A stretch of 64,000 bases of DNA from an uncultured delta proteobacterium (GCA_963787125.1 CAWBBV010000005.1:75831-139830); one strand, 5' to 3'; positions 10,680 through 21,350 are shown, counted from the stretch's first letter. The notes: generated by a model not told the origin, from the sequence alone. A program made the numbers and translations.

Positions 10680-10708
10680 ACCGAATGTAGGGCTTAAGGC
10701 CAGTAACC

Positions 10709-10957
10709 TTAATGGGTCTGATCGATAGGAAGCATTTCAGCAAGGAGGGTTTCAGGTGCGATATCCTGTTCGTTTGGCCACGTTACAGCGCCAAATAGTA
10801 TTCCGACACGATTGAAGTAGTGTATGTCTTTCAGTTCACGAAAAACGCCCTTATCCAGATAAGGTTTGAGATCAAATATACCTTTGCGGCCATCCTCAAC
10901 TTCAATATAGATACGATAGTCAGTCATTGGTTTAACAGTTTTCACATCCCAGTACAT
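10709..10957 (-). CDS. DUF2442 family protein (putative antitoxin)
   Basis: 82 aa from ATG 10957: VKPMTDYRIYIEVEDG...DLKPYL...GVFRELKD...VTWPNEQDIAPETL. Confidence 0.8.
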   Translation of the reverse strand: MYWDVKTVKPMTDYRIYIEVEDGRKGIFDLKPYLDKGVFRELKDIHYFNRVGILFGAVTWPNEQDIAPETLLAEMLPIDQTH

Positions 10958-10964
10958 GGCAACC

Positions 10965-11231
10965 TCACAGTGGGGTAATTTTGTAGGGATTCTCTCCGGC
11001 CACAGCCAGTTCCCAATCGGCATGTAGCTCATCCCGGTGAAGTTCAATCCACGCCTGCACCAATCGCAACTGCTTACGGGGCAATTCTCCCGCCAAAACT
11101 TCACCATCTTCAATGCGAATAGACGCTTCAAATTCAGCATACTTAGCGTGAAAGTGAGGCAGATTGTGGTGCTGGTTGTCAATAAGATACATGCGGATAA
11201 TAATCCCGTAAAACATAGAAATTATTGGCAT
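10965..11231 (-). CDS. DUF4160 family protein (putative toxin)
   Basis: MPIISMFYGIIIRMY...HNLPHFHA...LVQAWIELHRDEL..DW; paired with DUF2442. Confidence 0.85.
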   Translation of the reverse strand: MPIISMFYGIIIRMYLIDNQHHNLPHFHAKYAEFEASIRIEDGEVLAGELPRKQLRLVQAWIELHRDELHADWELAVAGENPYKITPL

Positions 11232-11364
11232 AAGCTACACCCCTTTGTCTTTGATTAGTAAGTCTATACATTCTTGCAAGTGTAGTCAATTGGGACCTGT
11301 CATAATTCTATCTTTCAATTTTTCTAAAGAAACACACCGACTGCATGTCAACTCGCTAACATTA

Positions 11365-12000
11365 CTACCAGCAAATCGGCTTTTGCCCCAAAGCGGCAAG
11401 TTTATCATTCACTTGTGAAAAGTGGCCGCAGCCGATGAAGCCCCGGTAGGCAGACAGCCCGGAGGGGTGCGAGGTAGTGAGTATAGAATGGCGGTCGGTA
11501 TCGATAAGGGGGATTTTCTTCTGCGCATCGTTGCCCCAAAGGAGAAAAACCAACTGCTCCCGACGGCGACTCAAAGCACGAATAATGGTGTCTGTAACCT
11601 CTTCCCACCCCCAGCCGCGATGACTGCCTGCCTTGTCCGCCCCGACAGTGAGAACGGTATTTAACAACAGCACCCCTTGCTGCGCCCAGGCAGAGAGATC
11701 ATTTGATCTGGCGCCGGCTGGACCAAGATCCCTGTCGAGCTCCTTGTGAATATTGCGCAGCGATGGCGGCGTCTTGATCCCTGGGGGAACCGAGAAGGCA
11801 AGGCCATGGGCCTGCCCTGCCCCATGGTACGGATCCTGCCCCAGGAGCACCACCCGCACTTGATCAAAAGGGGTGAGTTGCAAAGCAGAATAGACATTTT
11901 CCGCCACCGGATAGACAATGCTTTCCCTGCGCGCCGCCGCAACCTTTGCCAGTACCGGATGGGTTGCAAGCTCGGGGATTCCCTTAAACCAGCTCTTCAT
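11365..12000 (-). CDS. ung: Uracil-DNA glycosylase family 1
   Basis: LGQDPYH, PPSLRNI, QGVLLLNTVLTV, SHPSGLS; probable ATG at 12000. Confidence 0.95.
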   Translation of the reverse strand: MKSWFKGIPELATHPVLAKVAAARRESIVYPVAENVYSALQLTPFDQVRVVLLGQDPYHGAGQAHGLAFSVPPGIKTPPSLRNIHKELDRDLGPAGARSNDLSAWAQQGVLLLNTVLTVGADKAGSHRGWGWEEVTDTIIRALSRRREQLVFLLWGNDAQKKIPLIDTDRHSILTTSHPSGLSAYRGFIGCGHFSQVNDKLAALGQKPICW

Positions 12001-12067
12001 ATATTCTCCTGCCCGGCTCTGCACCGGGAGTTTGAAAAATAAACGGACGTCCCCGTTTCATTCGAAA

Positions 12068-13873
12068 TCAGTGGCCAGCATACAGCCGCTCAATTTCGGC
12101 GCCGTACTGCCCAAGAAGCTCTTTGCGGCGGAGTTTGAGGGTTGCGGTCAGCAGGCCGTCCTGTATTTTCCAGGGGTTCCGACTGGCGTGGAGCCGCAGA
12201 ATGCGGGCGTAGCCAGGAAAGCTGGCCAGTCGCGGGGCGATCCGCTTCAACAGCACCTCTTCAACGCGGCTGCTCTCCAGCACCTCATCACTCTCCCCGT
12301 CAACCGCCAGTGTCGCGGCCAGCTTGAGCCATTCGGCTTCATTAAGCACCAGCAGGGCGATCAGATAGGGTCTGCCTTCGCCCACCACCATGATCTGTTC
12401 AAAAAGGCGGTCTGCAGCCAGAGCCATTTCCAACTCACCCGGTGCGACCTTCTCTCCGGTGGACAGGACAATAATCTCTTTAAGACGGCCGCTGATGATG
12501 ATATGGCCGCTGGAGGTGATGCGGGCCTGATCGCCAGTATGAAGCCACCCCTCCTGATCGATGATCGCAGCGCTGGCCACCTCGTTGTGCCAATAACCGG
12601 CCATGATGTTACTCCCCCGTGCCAGCAGTTCACTGTCGGCGCCGAGCCTTACCTCGACTCCGGGGAGCGGCAGTCCGACGGTTTCGGGTCGATTGTCGTC
12701 CTCCGAATTAACGGCAATCACCGGGCTGCTTTCGGTCAGTCCATACCCCTGGAGCAGGTTGAGTCCCAAGGCGAGAAAGAAACGGGCAATCTCCGGGCTC
12801 AAGGGGGCGCCGCCGCTGATGGTCAGGCGCAACCGGCCACCCAGCGCTTCCAGGATCCGCTTTGCCACCATCCTGTTCAGCAGCGGCCAGAGAAGCAGGA
12901 ATGGAGACCAGCCCCCTCGCCCCTGCCTGTAGAGGAACCGGCGCCAACCGGTAGCAACCGTCAGGGCGAAAAGTTTTTGTTTCCAGACGGGACCTGCTGC
13001 CAGGGTAGCGCTGATTTTACGGTGGACACGCTCGAAAATACGCGGCACGGAAACGATGATTGTCGGCTTGATGGTGGTCAGGTCTTCCGGGAGTTGGTCG
13101 AGGGAGCGGACATGGGCGACACAGGCGCCGGTCATAATGGGTATGTAATAACCGGCAGTCCGCTCCAGAGTATGGGACAGGGGGAGAAATGAGAGAAACA
13201 GGTCGTCCGGATAGATTGGCACCCGGCTGACTCCGGCATAGGCATTGGTGAGAATATTGGCGTGAGAGAGCATGACCCCTTTGGGCCTGCCGGTAGTGCC
13301 GGAGGTGTAGACAATCGTTGCCAGCGAGTCCGCAGACCAGTTCCCCGGCGTGTAGTCGGCGCTGCTCTCCCTCAGCCATTCTGCCAGTAACGCCAGGCGG
13401 AGATCACAATCATGTTTGCAGGCAAGGGTCAGCGATACTATCCGCTGCAGAGAGTCAAGCCGGCCGCTGACATCGCGAATCCGCTCCCACTGTTCAACCC
13501 CTTCGATCAGCAGCAACCGGGCGCCGCTCTCCTTTATAATCAGGGCAAAATTTTCCGGCCGGTCGTTGACGAACAGCGGCACAGTTACCAACCCGAGCCC
13601 CAGGGCCGCCAGATCAAAGAGAACCCATTCCAGACTGTTCTTGAGCATAACCGCCACCCGCTCGCCCGGCTGCAGCCCTTCCCGGCGGAGCGCCTCCTGC
13701 CAGCGACCGGCCAGTGCAGCAGTTTCAGCCCAGGTAACGCATTCGCAGCAGCGCCCCTGGCGATCGAAGCGCCGGTAGGCGCATTCATCGGGAGAGCGCC
13801 TGACCCGTTCACTGAAAAGCCCACCAAGAGTCAGCGCGGTTTCAGCTGAAATAATATCGCTCTGTCTGTTCAT
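12068..13873 (-). CDS. Long-chain fatty acid--CoA ligase (AMP-dependent synthetase)
   Basis: YTSGTTGRPKG, QGYGLTE, WLHTGD, GRLKEII, LTATLKLRR. Confidence 0.9.
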   Translation of the reverse strand: MNRQSDIISAETALTLGGLFSERVRRSPDECAYRRFDRQGRCCECVTWAETAALAGRWQEALRREGLQPGERVAVMLKNSLEWVLFDLAALGLGLVTVPLFVNDRPENFALIIKESGARLLLIEGVEQWERIRDVSGRLDSLQRIVSLTLACKHDCDLRLALLAEWLRESSADYTPGNWSADSLATIVYTSGTTGRPKGVMLSHANILTNAYAGVSRVPIYPDDLFLSFLPLSHTLERTAGYYIPIMTGACVAHVRSLDQLPEDLTTIKPTIIVSVPRIFERVHRKISATLAAGPVWKQKLFALTVATGWRRFLYRQGRGGWSPFLLLWPLLNRMVAKRILEALGGRLRLTISGGAPLSPEIARFFLALGLNLLQGYGLTESSPVIAVNSEDDNRPETVGLPLPGVEVRLGADSELLARGSNIMAGYWHNEVASAAIIDQEGWLHTGDQARITSSGHIIISGRLKEIIVLSTGEKVAPGELEMALAADRLFEQIMVVGEGRPYLIALLVLNEAEWLKLAATLAVDGESDEVLESSRVEEVLLKRIAPRLASFPGYARILRLHASRNPWKIQDGLLTATLKLRRKELLGQYGAEIERLYAGH

Positions 13874-14069
13874 GATCTCCCCCCTTTATAGGTTCGGCTG
13901 CCTTTGCCGGGCCGGTTGACGGCTGCCTGCTCTTCCCCTGCATGGTTCCATGGTAGCACATTTCAGCGAGCTATGGTGGCAACTCTGGTGGCTTGAAATG
14001 ATGGAGTAAAGGCAGTTTCACCTGTTGGATTCAGAATAAACCTTTGCGTTCTCCAAACTCCCGACATTT

Positions 14070-14111
14070 AAACAGATAAAGGCGGCCAATCGGCCGCCTT
14101 TATCTGTTTCT
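14070..14111. terminator. Rho-independent terminator after accA
   Basis: AAACAGATAAAGGCGGCC-AATC-GGCCGCCTTTATCTGTTT; near-identical to the hairpin at 6028-6071. Confidence 0.8.
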
Positions 14112-14131
14112 GTTCTATTCAAATAAATCTG

Positions 14132-15085
14132 CTACTCAATACAGCGGGTCATCTTCCGGAACTTCTGATAGCGCTGCTCAACAAGCTCCTCTCCCGAAAG
14201 ATCCTTCAACTCAGCCAGGTTACGACTCAAGGCTTCATGCAGGGTCGCCGCCATGGCTTCATGATCCCGGTGAGCGCCGCCGACAGGCTCTTTGACGATC
14301 TCGTCGATGACTTCAAGGTCGAGGATATCCTTGGCAGTCAGCTTGAGTGCTTCGGCGGCCTGCTCCCCCTTGGTGCCGTCTGACCAGAGAATAGCGGCGC
14401 AACCTTCCGGTGAGATAACCGCATAAACCGAATATTCAAGCATGAGGATCCGGTCGCCGACAGCGATTGCCAGAGCGCCGCCCGAGCCGCCTTCACCGGT
14501 GATAACGACAATAATCGGCACTGTCAGGCTGGCCATTTCCCGCAGGTTTCTGGCGATAGCTTCGGCCTGGCCGCGCTCTTCAGCCCCTATACCGGGAAAA
14601 GCACCGGGAGTATCAACAAAAGTTATGATCGGCAGTTTGAACCGCTCGGCCATCTCCATGAGGCGGAGAGCTTTTCTGTACCCTTCAGGGTTCGGCATGC
14701 CGAAGTTGCGGAAGACCTTCTCCTTGGTATCCCGGCCTTTCTGATGACCGATTACCATGACCGGCTCGTTGTCAAGCCTTGCCAGTCCGGCGACGATGGC
14801 ATGATCATCCCCGAAGTTCCTGTCGCCGTGAAGTTCGGTGAACTCGGTAAAAATCAGGTTCAGGTAGTCGAGCGTGAAGGGACGGTTGATATGCCGGGCG
14901 ATCTGGGCCGTCTGCCAGCGGGAGAGATTGTTGAAGATCTCGCTGCGCATCTTGTCCACCCTCTTCTCCAGCTTGGCAATTTCCGGTGAGAGATCCATCG
15001 ACTCGGACAGGACGCCAAGCTCAGCTATCTTCTTCTCCAGCTCCATCAACGGTTTTTCAAACTCCATATAGACTTGAGCAGCCAT
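14132..15085 (-). CDS. accA: Acetyl-CoA carboxylase carboxyltransferase alpha subunit
   Basis: [41 protein letters not shown]. Confidence 0.97.
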   Translation of the reverse strand: MAAQVYMEFEKPLMELEKKIAELGVLSESMDLSPEIAKLEKRVDKMRSEIFNNLSRWQTAQIARHINRPFTLDYLNLIFTEFTELHGDRNFGDDHAIVAGLARLDNEPVMVIGHQKGRDTKEKVFRNFGMPNPEGYRKALRLMEMAERFKLPIITFVDTPGAFPGIGAEERGQAEAIARNLREMASLTVPIIVVITGEGGSGGALAIAVGDRILMLEYSVYAVISPEGCAAILWSDGTKGEQAAEALKLTAKDILDLEVIDEIVKEPVGGAHRDHEAMAATLHEALSRNLAELKDLSGEELVEQRYQKFRKMTRCIE

Positions 15086-15124
15086 TTAATTATTCTCCTA
15101 AAATGTTTTTATTAAAAAACACTG

Positions 15125-18100
15125 TCACTCGAAAGTGACGGCATTATACCCTAATAAATCTTCGACTTCCATAGATAATCCCTCTGTCGGCGCAACATGA
15201 CACTCCTGAGGTAGCTTGACGACCGCAGTGCAAAGATCCGGCAGGACAATATGCAGCCGCGTCTGACAGTCGCCGTGATGCCGCTGCAGAATCCCCTTGA
15301 GGCTTTCCAGGCGCGCCGTGTCGAGATCGGCACTCAAGACTTTGAAACTGACCGCTTTTGTTTCCCGCTCGCTGACCGCACGCAGCGATTGGATAGAGGA
15401 GGCAAGTATCTTGTTCGACTTCTCGCCCCGCTCAAAAGTTCCGGCAACCAGAAGCGGTTCATCACTCTTCAAAAATTCCGCCACACTCTGAAAGATATTC
15501 GGCAGGACAACCAGCTCAATACTGCCGACCAGATCCTCCAGAGTTACAAAGCCCATCCGCTCACCTTTTTTGGTAATGAACTCCTTCAGGGCGACAACAA
15601 CGCCGCACAGCCGCACCTCTGTCTTGTCGGAGATCTCGGCAAAACCGGCCGTATCATACGAAGAGAAGCGCTTCATCTCGGCCTGATAACGACCAAGCGG
15701 ATGGCCGGTCAGATAGAACCCGAGGCACTCCTTCTCGAAACCGAGACGCATTTTCTCGTCCCACTCCCGCACCTCGGGGAGATTGCCATGACCGTTACCG
15801 TTGTTTTTCACAATTTCAGCAGTACCAAAGAGCGATACCTGGGCACTGTTACGCTCATCCTGAATCCGCTGGCCGATATTGGCCGCATCCTCCAGCACCG
15901 TATACAGAGCTGATCTACGCGCGCCGGTAGCATCGAAGGCACCGCATTTGACCAGAGACTCCAGCACTCTTTTGTTTACTTTGCGCAGATCCACTCTTTC
16001 GCAGAAATTGAAAATATCGGTAAAAGGCTCGCCGTTTCTGGCCTCAAGCATTGCAAGAATCGCCGACTCGCCGACATTCTTGATCGCCCCGAAACCGAAA
16101 CGGATCGATTTGCCGATAACCCTGAATGACAGCTCCGATTCGTTGATATCCGGCGGCAGCAGCTCAATTCCCATCTCCCGGCAGTCGTTGATGTTCTTGA
16201 CAATCTTGTCAGTGTTACCCATATCCTCGGTGAGGAGCGCCGCCATGAACTCCACCGGATAATGAGCCTTTAAATAAGCGGTCTGGTAGGCAATCAGAGC
16301 GTAGGCAGCCGAGTGGGACTTGTTGAAGCCGTACTCGGCAAACATAGCCATCAGATCGAAGACGGCCTCGGCTTTTTTCAGATCGATCCCCTGCTCTTTG
16401 GCGCCGGCAAGAAACGGAATCTTCTCTTTGGCCATGACCGAGGCATCTTTTTTACCCATGGCCCGGCGCAGCAGATCGGCACCGCCAAGGGAGTAGCCTG
16501 CCAGGGTGCGGGAGATCTGCATGACCTGCTCCTGGTAGACAATGACGCCGTAAGTATCTTTTAGAATCGGCTCCAGTTCCGGCAGATCGTAAACAACCTT
16601 TTTACGACCATGCTTGCGCTCGATAAAATCCTTCACCATGCCGGAGTTCAAGGGGCCGGGACGGTAAAGAGCAACGGCGGCGATGACATCCTCGAAACAG
16701 GATGGTTTGAGGTCGCGAAGCATCTCGCGGATACCGCTGCTCTCAAGCTGGAAAACGCCGGTGGTGTTCCCCTCGGAAATCAGCTGATAGCTGAGGGCAT
16801 CGTCATCGGCAAGCAGCGCGATATCGAAATCAGGATCCTTGCCGATCCGGATCAGCTTGACGGCATTATCAATAACCGTCAGGTTTTTGAGTCCGAGAAA
16901 GTCGAACTTGACCAGGCCGATCTTCTCCACATACTTCATGGAATACTGGGTGTTGATCAGGCCGGTCTTCTGGTCCTTGTAGACCGGACAGAACTCCTCC
17001 AGCATGTCCGGAGCGACAACCACCCCGGCGGCGTGGGTGGAGGCGTGGCGGGCAAGCCCTTCGAGACGCAAGGCTATTTCAATGAGTTCTTTCACCTTTG
17101 GGTCGGCAGCGGCCAGCTCTCTGAGCTTTGGCTCCTGCTCCAGAGCTTTTTGGAGGGTAATGCCGAGGACTTCAGGAATCAGCTTGGCGATCCGGTCCAC
17201 ATCACCGTAACTCATGTCAACGGCACGGCCAACATCCCTGATAACGCCGCGGGCAGCCATGGTACCGAAGGTGATGATCTGGCAGACCTTGTCACGACCA
17301 TACTTCTCGGTTACGTACTGAATGACCTGCTCCCGCCCTTGCGTACAGAAGTCCACGTCAATATCAGGCATGGAGATACGTTCCGGATTGAGGAACCGCT
17401 CGAAGAGCAGATTATAGGGGATCGGATCGATATCAGTGATCCTGGTGGCGTAGGCGACCAGCGAACCGGCAGCAGAACCCCTTCCCGGGCCGACCGGTAT
17501 ATCCTGCCCCTTTGCCCAGTTGATGAAGTCGGCAACAATCAGGAAGTAGCCGGGAAACCCCATCTGCTTGATACACTCCAGTTCCAGCTGCAGCCGCTTT
17601 CTGTAGAGCTCTTCATCGGCAGAACTGAAATCGGGTTTTTTCTTCCGGATGGCATCAAAGCGCGCCTCAAGCCCCTTAACCGCATCATCCTCAAGCATGC
17701 GATCAAGAGTCATATCCGGTTCATGATCGATCTTCGGGAAGTGATAGGTACTGAAATCGAATTTCACATCACACCGCTCAGCTATGGCCAGGGTATTGGC
17801 AACCGCTTCGGGGGCGTAGGAGAAGGCCGCGGCCATCTCCTCGGGAGACTTGACGTAAAACTCCTCCGCAGAGAAATGCATCCGGTTGGGATCATTCATC
17901 GTCTTGCCGGTCTGGATGCAGAGCAGGACCTCATGGGCCTTGGCATCGTCCTTGTTCAGATAATGGCAGTCATTGGTGGCGACCAGCGGCAGATTGAGGT
18001 CGGCAGCAATCTGAATCAACCGCTTATTGACAAGATCCTGCTCAGGAAGGGTATTCTCCTGGATCTCGATGTAGTAGCGGTCAGGAAAGATATCCGCGTA

Positions 18101-18586
18101 CCAGCTGGCAGCTGCGGCAGCCTCCTCCATCCGGTTACGACCGCAAAGCCAGGCCACCTCCCCTTTCAGGCAGGCAGACATGGCGATCAGCCCCTCAGAG
18201 TGCTTTGCCAGGAGTTCCCTGTCGATGCGCGGCTTATAGTAGAAACCGTCCTTGTAACCGGCGGAGGAGAGTATAGAGAGATTTTTGTACCCCTGAAGAT
18301 TCATGCAGAGTAAAACGATATGGAAATTCGAGACACCGTCAGCCCCGCCACCCTCTTTAAGGGTCCTTGAGCCGGGAGCGATGTAAAGCTCAGCGCCGAT
18401 AATCGGTTTGATCCCTTCAGATTTACACTTTGTATAAAATTCTATTGCCCCGAACATGCAGCCGTGATCTGTGACAGCAACGGCCGGCATGTTAAAATCC
18501 TTGGCCTTTTTAACCAGGTCGTCAATCCGGATAGCGCCGTCAAGTAGCGAATATTGAGAGTGGAGATGCAGATGGACAAAAGACAT
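15125..18586 (-). CDS. dnaE: DNA polymerase III alpha subunit
   Basis: PHP domain HLHLHSQYSLLDG, GRGSAAGSLV, PDIDVDF, YGFNKSH; no intein visible. Confidence 0.97.
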   Translation of the reverse strand: MSFVHLHLHSQYSLLDGAIRIDDLVKKAKDFNMPAVAVTDHGCMFGAIEFYTKCKSEGIKPIIGAELYIAPGSRTLKEGGGADGVSNFHIVLLCMNLQGYKNLSILSSAGYKDGFYYKPRIDRELLAKHSEGLIAMSACLKGEVAWLCGRNRMEEAAAAASWYADIFPDRYYIEIQENTLPEQDLVNKRLIQIAADLNLPLVATNDCHYLNKDDAKAHEVLLCIQTGKTMNDPNRMHFSAEEFYVKSPEEMAAAFSYAPEAVANTLAIAERCDVKFDFSTYHFPKIDHEPDMTLDRMLEDDAVKGLEARFDAIRKKKPDFSSADEELYRKRLQLELECIKQMGFPGYFLIVADFINWAKGQDIPVGPGRGSAAGSLVAYATRITDIDPIPYNLLFERFLNPERISMPDIDVDFCTQGREQVIQYVTEKYGRDKVCQIITFGTMAARGVIRDVGRAVDMSYGDVDRIAKLIPEVLGITLQKALEQEPKLRELAAADPKVKELIEIALRLEGLARHASTHAAGVVVAPDMLEEFCPVYKDQKTGLINTQYSMKYVEKIGLVKFDFLGLKNLTVIDNAVKLIRIGKDPDFDIALLADDDALSYQLISEGNTTGVFQLESSGIREMLRDLKPSCFEDVIAAVALYRPGPLNSGMVKDFIERKHGRKKVVYDLPELEPILKDTYGVIVYQEQVMQISRTLAGYSLGGADLLRRAMGKKDASVMAKEKIPFLAGAKEQGIDLKKAEAVFDLMAMFAEYGFNKSHSAAYALIAYQTAYLKAHYPVEFMAALLTEDMGNTDKIVKNINDCREMGIELLPPDINESELSFRVIGKSIRFGFGAIKNVGESAILAMLEARNGEPFTDIFNFCERVDLRKVNKRVLESLVKCGAFDATGARRSALYTVLEDAANIGQRIQDERNSAQVSLFGTAEIVKNNGNGHGNLPEVREWDEKMRLGFEKECLGFYLTGHPLGRYQAEMKRFSSYDTAGFAEISDKTEVRLCGVVVALKEFITKKGERMGFVTLEDLVGSIELVVLPNIFQSVAEFLKSDEPLLVAGTFERGEKSNKILASSIQSLRAVSERETKAVSFKVLSADLDTARLESLKGILQRHHGDCQTRLHIVLPDLCTAVVKLPQECHVAPTEGLSMEVEDLLGYNAVTFE

Positions 18587-18698
18587 ATGTAATACGACTC
18601 CAGCGAAGATATCTGTTCAGAGGGTCAGAAAAGAAGGGGAACATTTTTACTGTAGCTAAAACTTCAAGTGATTATGCCTTGAATCGCTGCCGTTGTCA

Positions 18699-18730
18699 AC
18701 GATCAGACCGGCTCACGATCAGACCGGCTC
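18699..18730. repeat. 16-bp tandem duplication in the dnaE / TPR-gene intergenic region
   Basis: ACGATCAGACCGGCTC x2. Confidence 0.85.
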
Positions 18731-18847
18731 AGGGTGCGGATGGATTCTCATCATACCCATTGATAAGGCTTCATTTTAGCGTTATTCTCCCCTGATAAAA
18801 TCTAAAAGTGCAGGACATTAATTCCCGCCGGGGCGATTCACCTCACA

Positions 18848-20452
18848 ATGCAAAGGAGAGTTACACTGAAAGCTGTTGTTTATCGAAATTTAGCAATCCT
18901 GACCTTACTGGTTGCGGCAATCTTTGGCAACACCCTCGGGCACGGTTTTGTCTGGGATGACACTCTCTTTGTACCGGATGGCGAGGTGTACAGAAATTTC
19001 GACATCCGGGCCATTTTCTTCTCTCTCAAGGCGAACGGCCTTGAATACCTGCCCGTTCGAGACCTTAGCTATGCTCTGGATTGCGCTCTCTGGAAGGATA
19101 ATCCGGCAGGCTATCACTTCAGTAATCTTCTAATTTTCTGGTTGACCATTCTTGCCATTTACTTTTTTGTCCACAGACTTGCAGAGCGCTGCGGGGAGAC
19201 AACTCCGGCCAAGCCGCATAAAATCGCCTTTCTTACTGCCGCGCTGTTTACGGTGCACCCCATTCACAGCGAGGTGGTCAGTTTTATCACTTGTCGCAAT
19301 GTCCTTTTGTCGGGCCTGTTTCTGTTTCTTGCCTGCACTGCCTGGCTTAACTACCTGAACAGCAGCGGCACACGGCGGGCCGTGATGTATGCCGCAGCCC
19401 TGCTCTGCTTTACTCTTTCCCTGTTTTCCAAGGCAACCGGCATTATCTTGCCCCTGATTCTGTTCTGCATAACCTGGATGACCTGCAGGACCTTCTCCCG
19501 CCGCCATCTGCTTGAGCTGACACCGTTTTTCATCCTCTCTGGAAGCGCTTATTTCCTTTTCACGACAATCGCCCGCAAAACCGATGTGTTCCTGCGGGAG
19601 CCGTACAGTGCAACCATGTTCGCTAAAATTGTTCTGGCGGTGCAGATCCCTTTTTTCTATCTGGAGAAACTTATCATTCCATGCGGCTTTTCAGCTGACT
19701 ACGGCACCGAACAGTTCTCTCAAACCCTGACAGCTCCAAGCGTCGGCGGCGCACTGCTGCTGGTCTTACTGAGCGGGCTCAGCTGGCGCTACCGGAACAG
19801 TGCAGGGCTGTTTGCATTTGCCTTCGTCTGGTTCCTGATAGCTCTCATCCCGGCGCTGCATCTGTTTCCCACTCTCCCGGTCGTTGCCGATCGTTATGCC
19901 TTTCTGCCATCCTTTGGCTGCTGCTTTCTGGTTGCACTGGCAGGGGCGCAACTGCAGGGGCGACGCTTCTGGTTTGCGGCAGCGCCGCTCGTTCTGGTGC
20001 TTGCCGTGCTTGCCTGGCGGCAGAATCTTGCCTGGAAAAATGACACGACTTTGTGGGAAAGCACTCTTGCGGCCTCGCCCCGATCAACAACAGCCCTTGC
20101 TGAGCTTGGCCGGATTTTCTTCTGGGAGGAAAGGAATGTTCAAAAGGCGATGGCGATGTACCGCAGGTCGAGCGAAATCGACCCCAGCGATCCGGCGTTC
20201 GACATTTTCCAGGGGCATTTGTCAATGATGAAAAAGGATTTCCCTAACGCAGTTGCCGCTTTCAGGCAGGCAGTAGCCAAAGATGAAGGGAACATCGAAG
20301 CGGTTTTGAATCTGGGGCGGGCTTATCAATCAACGGGGGAACTGGAGCGGGCCAGGGAACAGTATCGGCGCGCCGCTTCGCTGCCGGAACTCGATCCGCG
20401 GCGAAACATGCGCGGCCGGGCGATGAAATACCTGCAAGACCTGGGTTCCTGA
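18848..20452 (+). CDS. TMTC-like polytopic membrane glycosyltransferase (GT-C fold) with C-terminal TPRs
   Basis: FVWDD, YLPVR, HPIHSEVV, LFSKATG and ADRYAFLPS motifs, many TM segments, TPR-like tail. Confidence 0.75.
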   Translation: MQRRVTLKAVVYRNLAILTLLVAAIFGNTLGHGFVWDDTLFVPDGEVYRNFDIRAIFFSLKANGLEYLPVRDLSYALDCALWKDNPAGYHFSNLLIFWLTILAIYFFVHRLAERCGETTPAKPHKIAFLTAALFTVHPIHSEVVSFITCRNVLLSGLFLFLACTAWLNYLNSSGTRRAVMYAAALLCFTLSLFSKATGIILPLILFCITWMTCRTFSRRHLLELTPFFILSGSAYFLFTTIARKTDVFLREPYSATMFAKIVLAVQIPFFYLEKLIIPCGFSADYGTEQFSQTLTAPSVGGALLLVLLSGLSWRYRNSAGLFAFAFVWFLIALIPALHLFPTLPVVADRYAFLPSFGCCFLVALAGAQLQGRRFWFAAAPLVLVLAVLAWRQNLAWKNDTTLWESTLAASPRSTTALAELGRIFFWEERNVQKAMAMYRRSSEIDPSDPAFDIFQGHLSMMKKDFPNAVAAFRQAVAKDEGNIEAVLNLGRAYQSTGELERAREQYRRAASLPELDPRRNMRGRAMKYLQDLGS

Positions 20453-20508
20453 CAGAAAAAGTGTCTTTTTTTTGAAAAATACGGGAGTAGAACTGATGTA
20501 AAACAGAT

Positions 20509-20548
20509 AGATACAAGAAATTCCGCCGTGGCGGAATTTCTTGTATCT
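20509..20548. terminator. Bidirectional terminator
   Basis: AGATACAAGAAATTCCGCC-GT-GGCGGAATTTCTTGTATCT between convergent genes. Confidence 0.75.
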
Positions 20549-20604
20549 GATTAATGTTGTTGGGCGATTCGCAATAAAAACAGGTTTTAACCAACCCCAC
20601 GGTG

Positions 20605-21237
20605 TCAGTGATATGTAACCTCCAGCAAAGGCGCCTGAGCGTTTGTGTCGTTTATTTCTATAAGTCCCCGAAAAGCGAAAAAATCATCCTCCAATATGCG
20701 GACCTCGAAGTTCGCCAGTCCCCTGAACTGGGCTTCTACCATCAATGAGGTTACATCTATTCTGACATGGCGGAGAACGTCGGCACTGAAAATAGGTGGA
20801 ATGATCGTCTTAAATTTCAGGGGCGGCAGGAAATTGCGATCGTAATACGATGGCTGCAATGTCTGGGGAGGGTAGGAGACCAGTTCGATACGAATAGGAA
20901 TTGAACTGGCCGAGGGGTGTAAAACAATGCTTTTGATGAATATATCGAGAGTTGCCGAATCAATATAGGCGTTTCCGGGGACACCACCTGCACCTGTCAA
21001 GGGAAATGCCAGGAAGGCACGGTATTCATCATAAGGAGTAAAAGGATCTATGCCGGCAAACAAGCTTGAGGAGTTGAGCGGCGATACAGTGACGCCGTTC
21101 AGGATATCACCATCGAACGCCTGGTTGCTGGCTATCGACGTCACAATAAAAGGCGCCGGACTGCTGCCTCCGCCACCGCACCCTGAAATTGCCAGCATGA
21201 GAGAGATCAAAACTGCCGCAAAGTGTATCTTTTTCAT
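20605..21237 (-). CDS. Hypothetical lipoprotein (beta-rich)
   Basis: MKK..LAISGC lipobox followed by a GGGGSS linker; GGGGAG RBS. Confidence 0.75.
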   Translation of the reverse strand: MKKIHFAAVLISLMLAISGCGGGGSSPAPFIVTSIASNQAFDGDILNGVTVSPLNSSSLFAGIDPFTPYDEYRAFLAFPLTGAGGVPGNAYIDSATLDIFIKSIVLHPSASSIPIRIELVSYPPQTLQPSYYDRNFLPPLKFKTIIPPIFSADVLRHVRIDVTSLMVEAQFRGLANFEVRILEDDFFAFRGLIEINDTNAQAPLLEVTYH

Positions 21238-21350
21238 AGTTAATCTCCCCGTTGCTTTTACCTTAAAATACTTGTCAGCCTGCCTGAAATTTTAGTTATG
21301 ACATTTCGGCAATCGACTGTTCAGCGGTCTTAACCACTTGAAGGATACAA

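Noticed and set aside
16610..18313. 567-aa plus-strand ORF (similarly 6567-7859, 11918-13192, 47751-48665)
   Set aside because: Antisense shadows of well-supported genes (dnaE, ubiB, acyl-CoA ligase, clpB) with no recognisable motifs
18699..18730. 16-bp tandem repeat as an operator or phase-variation site
   Set aside because: Only two copies and no other evidence; simple slippage duplication explains it
21300..21340. Possible c-di-GMP-I / cGAMP (GEMM) riboswitch, because of TTGCCGAAAT upstream of the lipoprotein gene
   Set aside because: The GNRA-capped P2 stem and the GGACG.AAAGCC core are absent; none was seen upstream of the cytochrome array either
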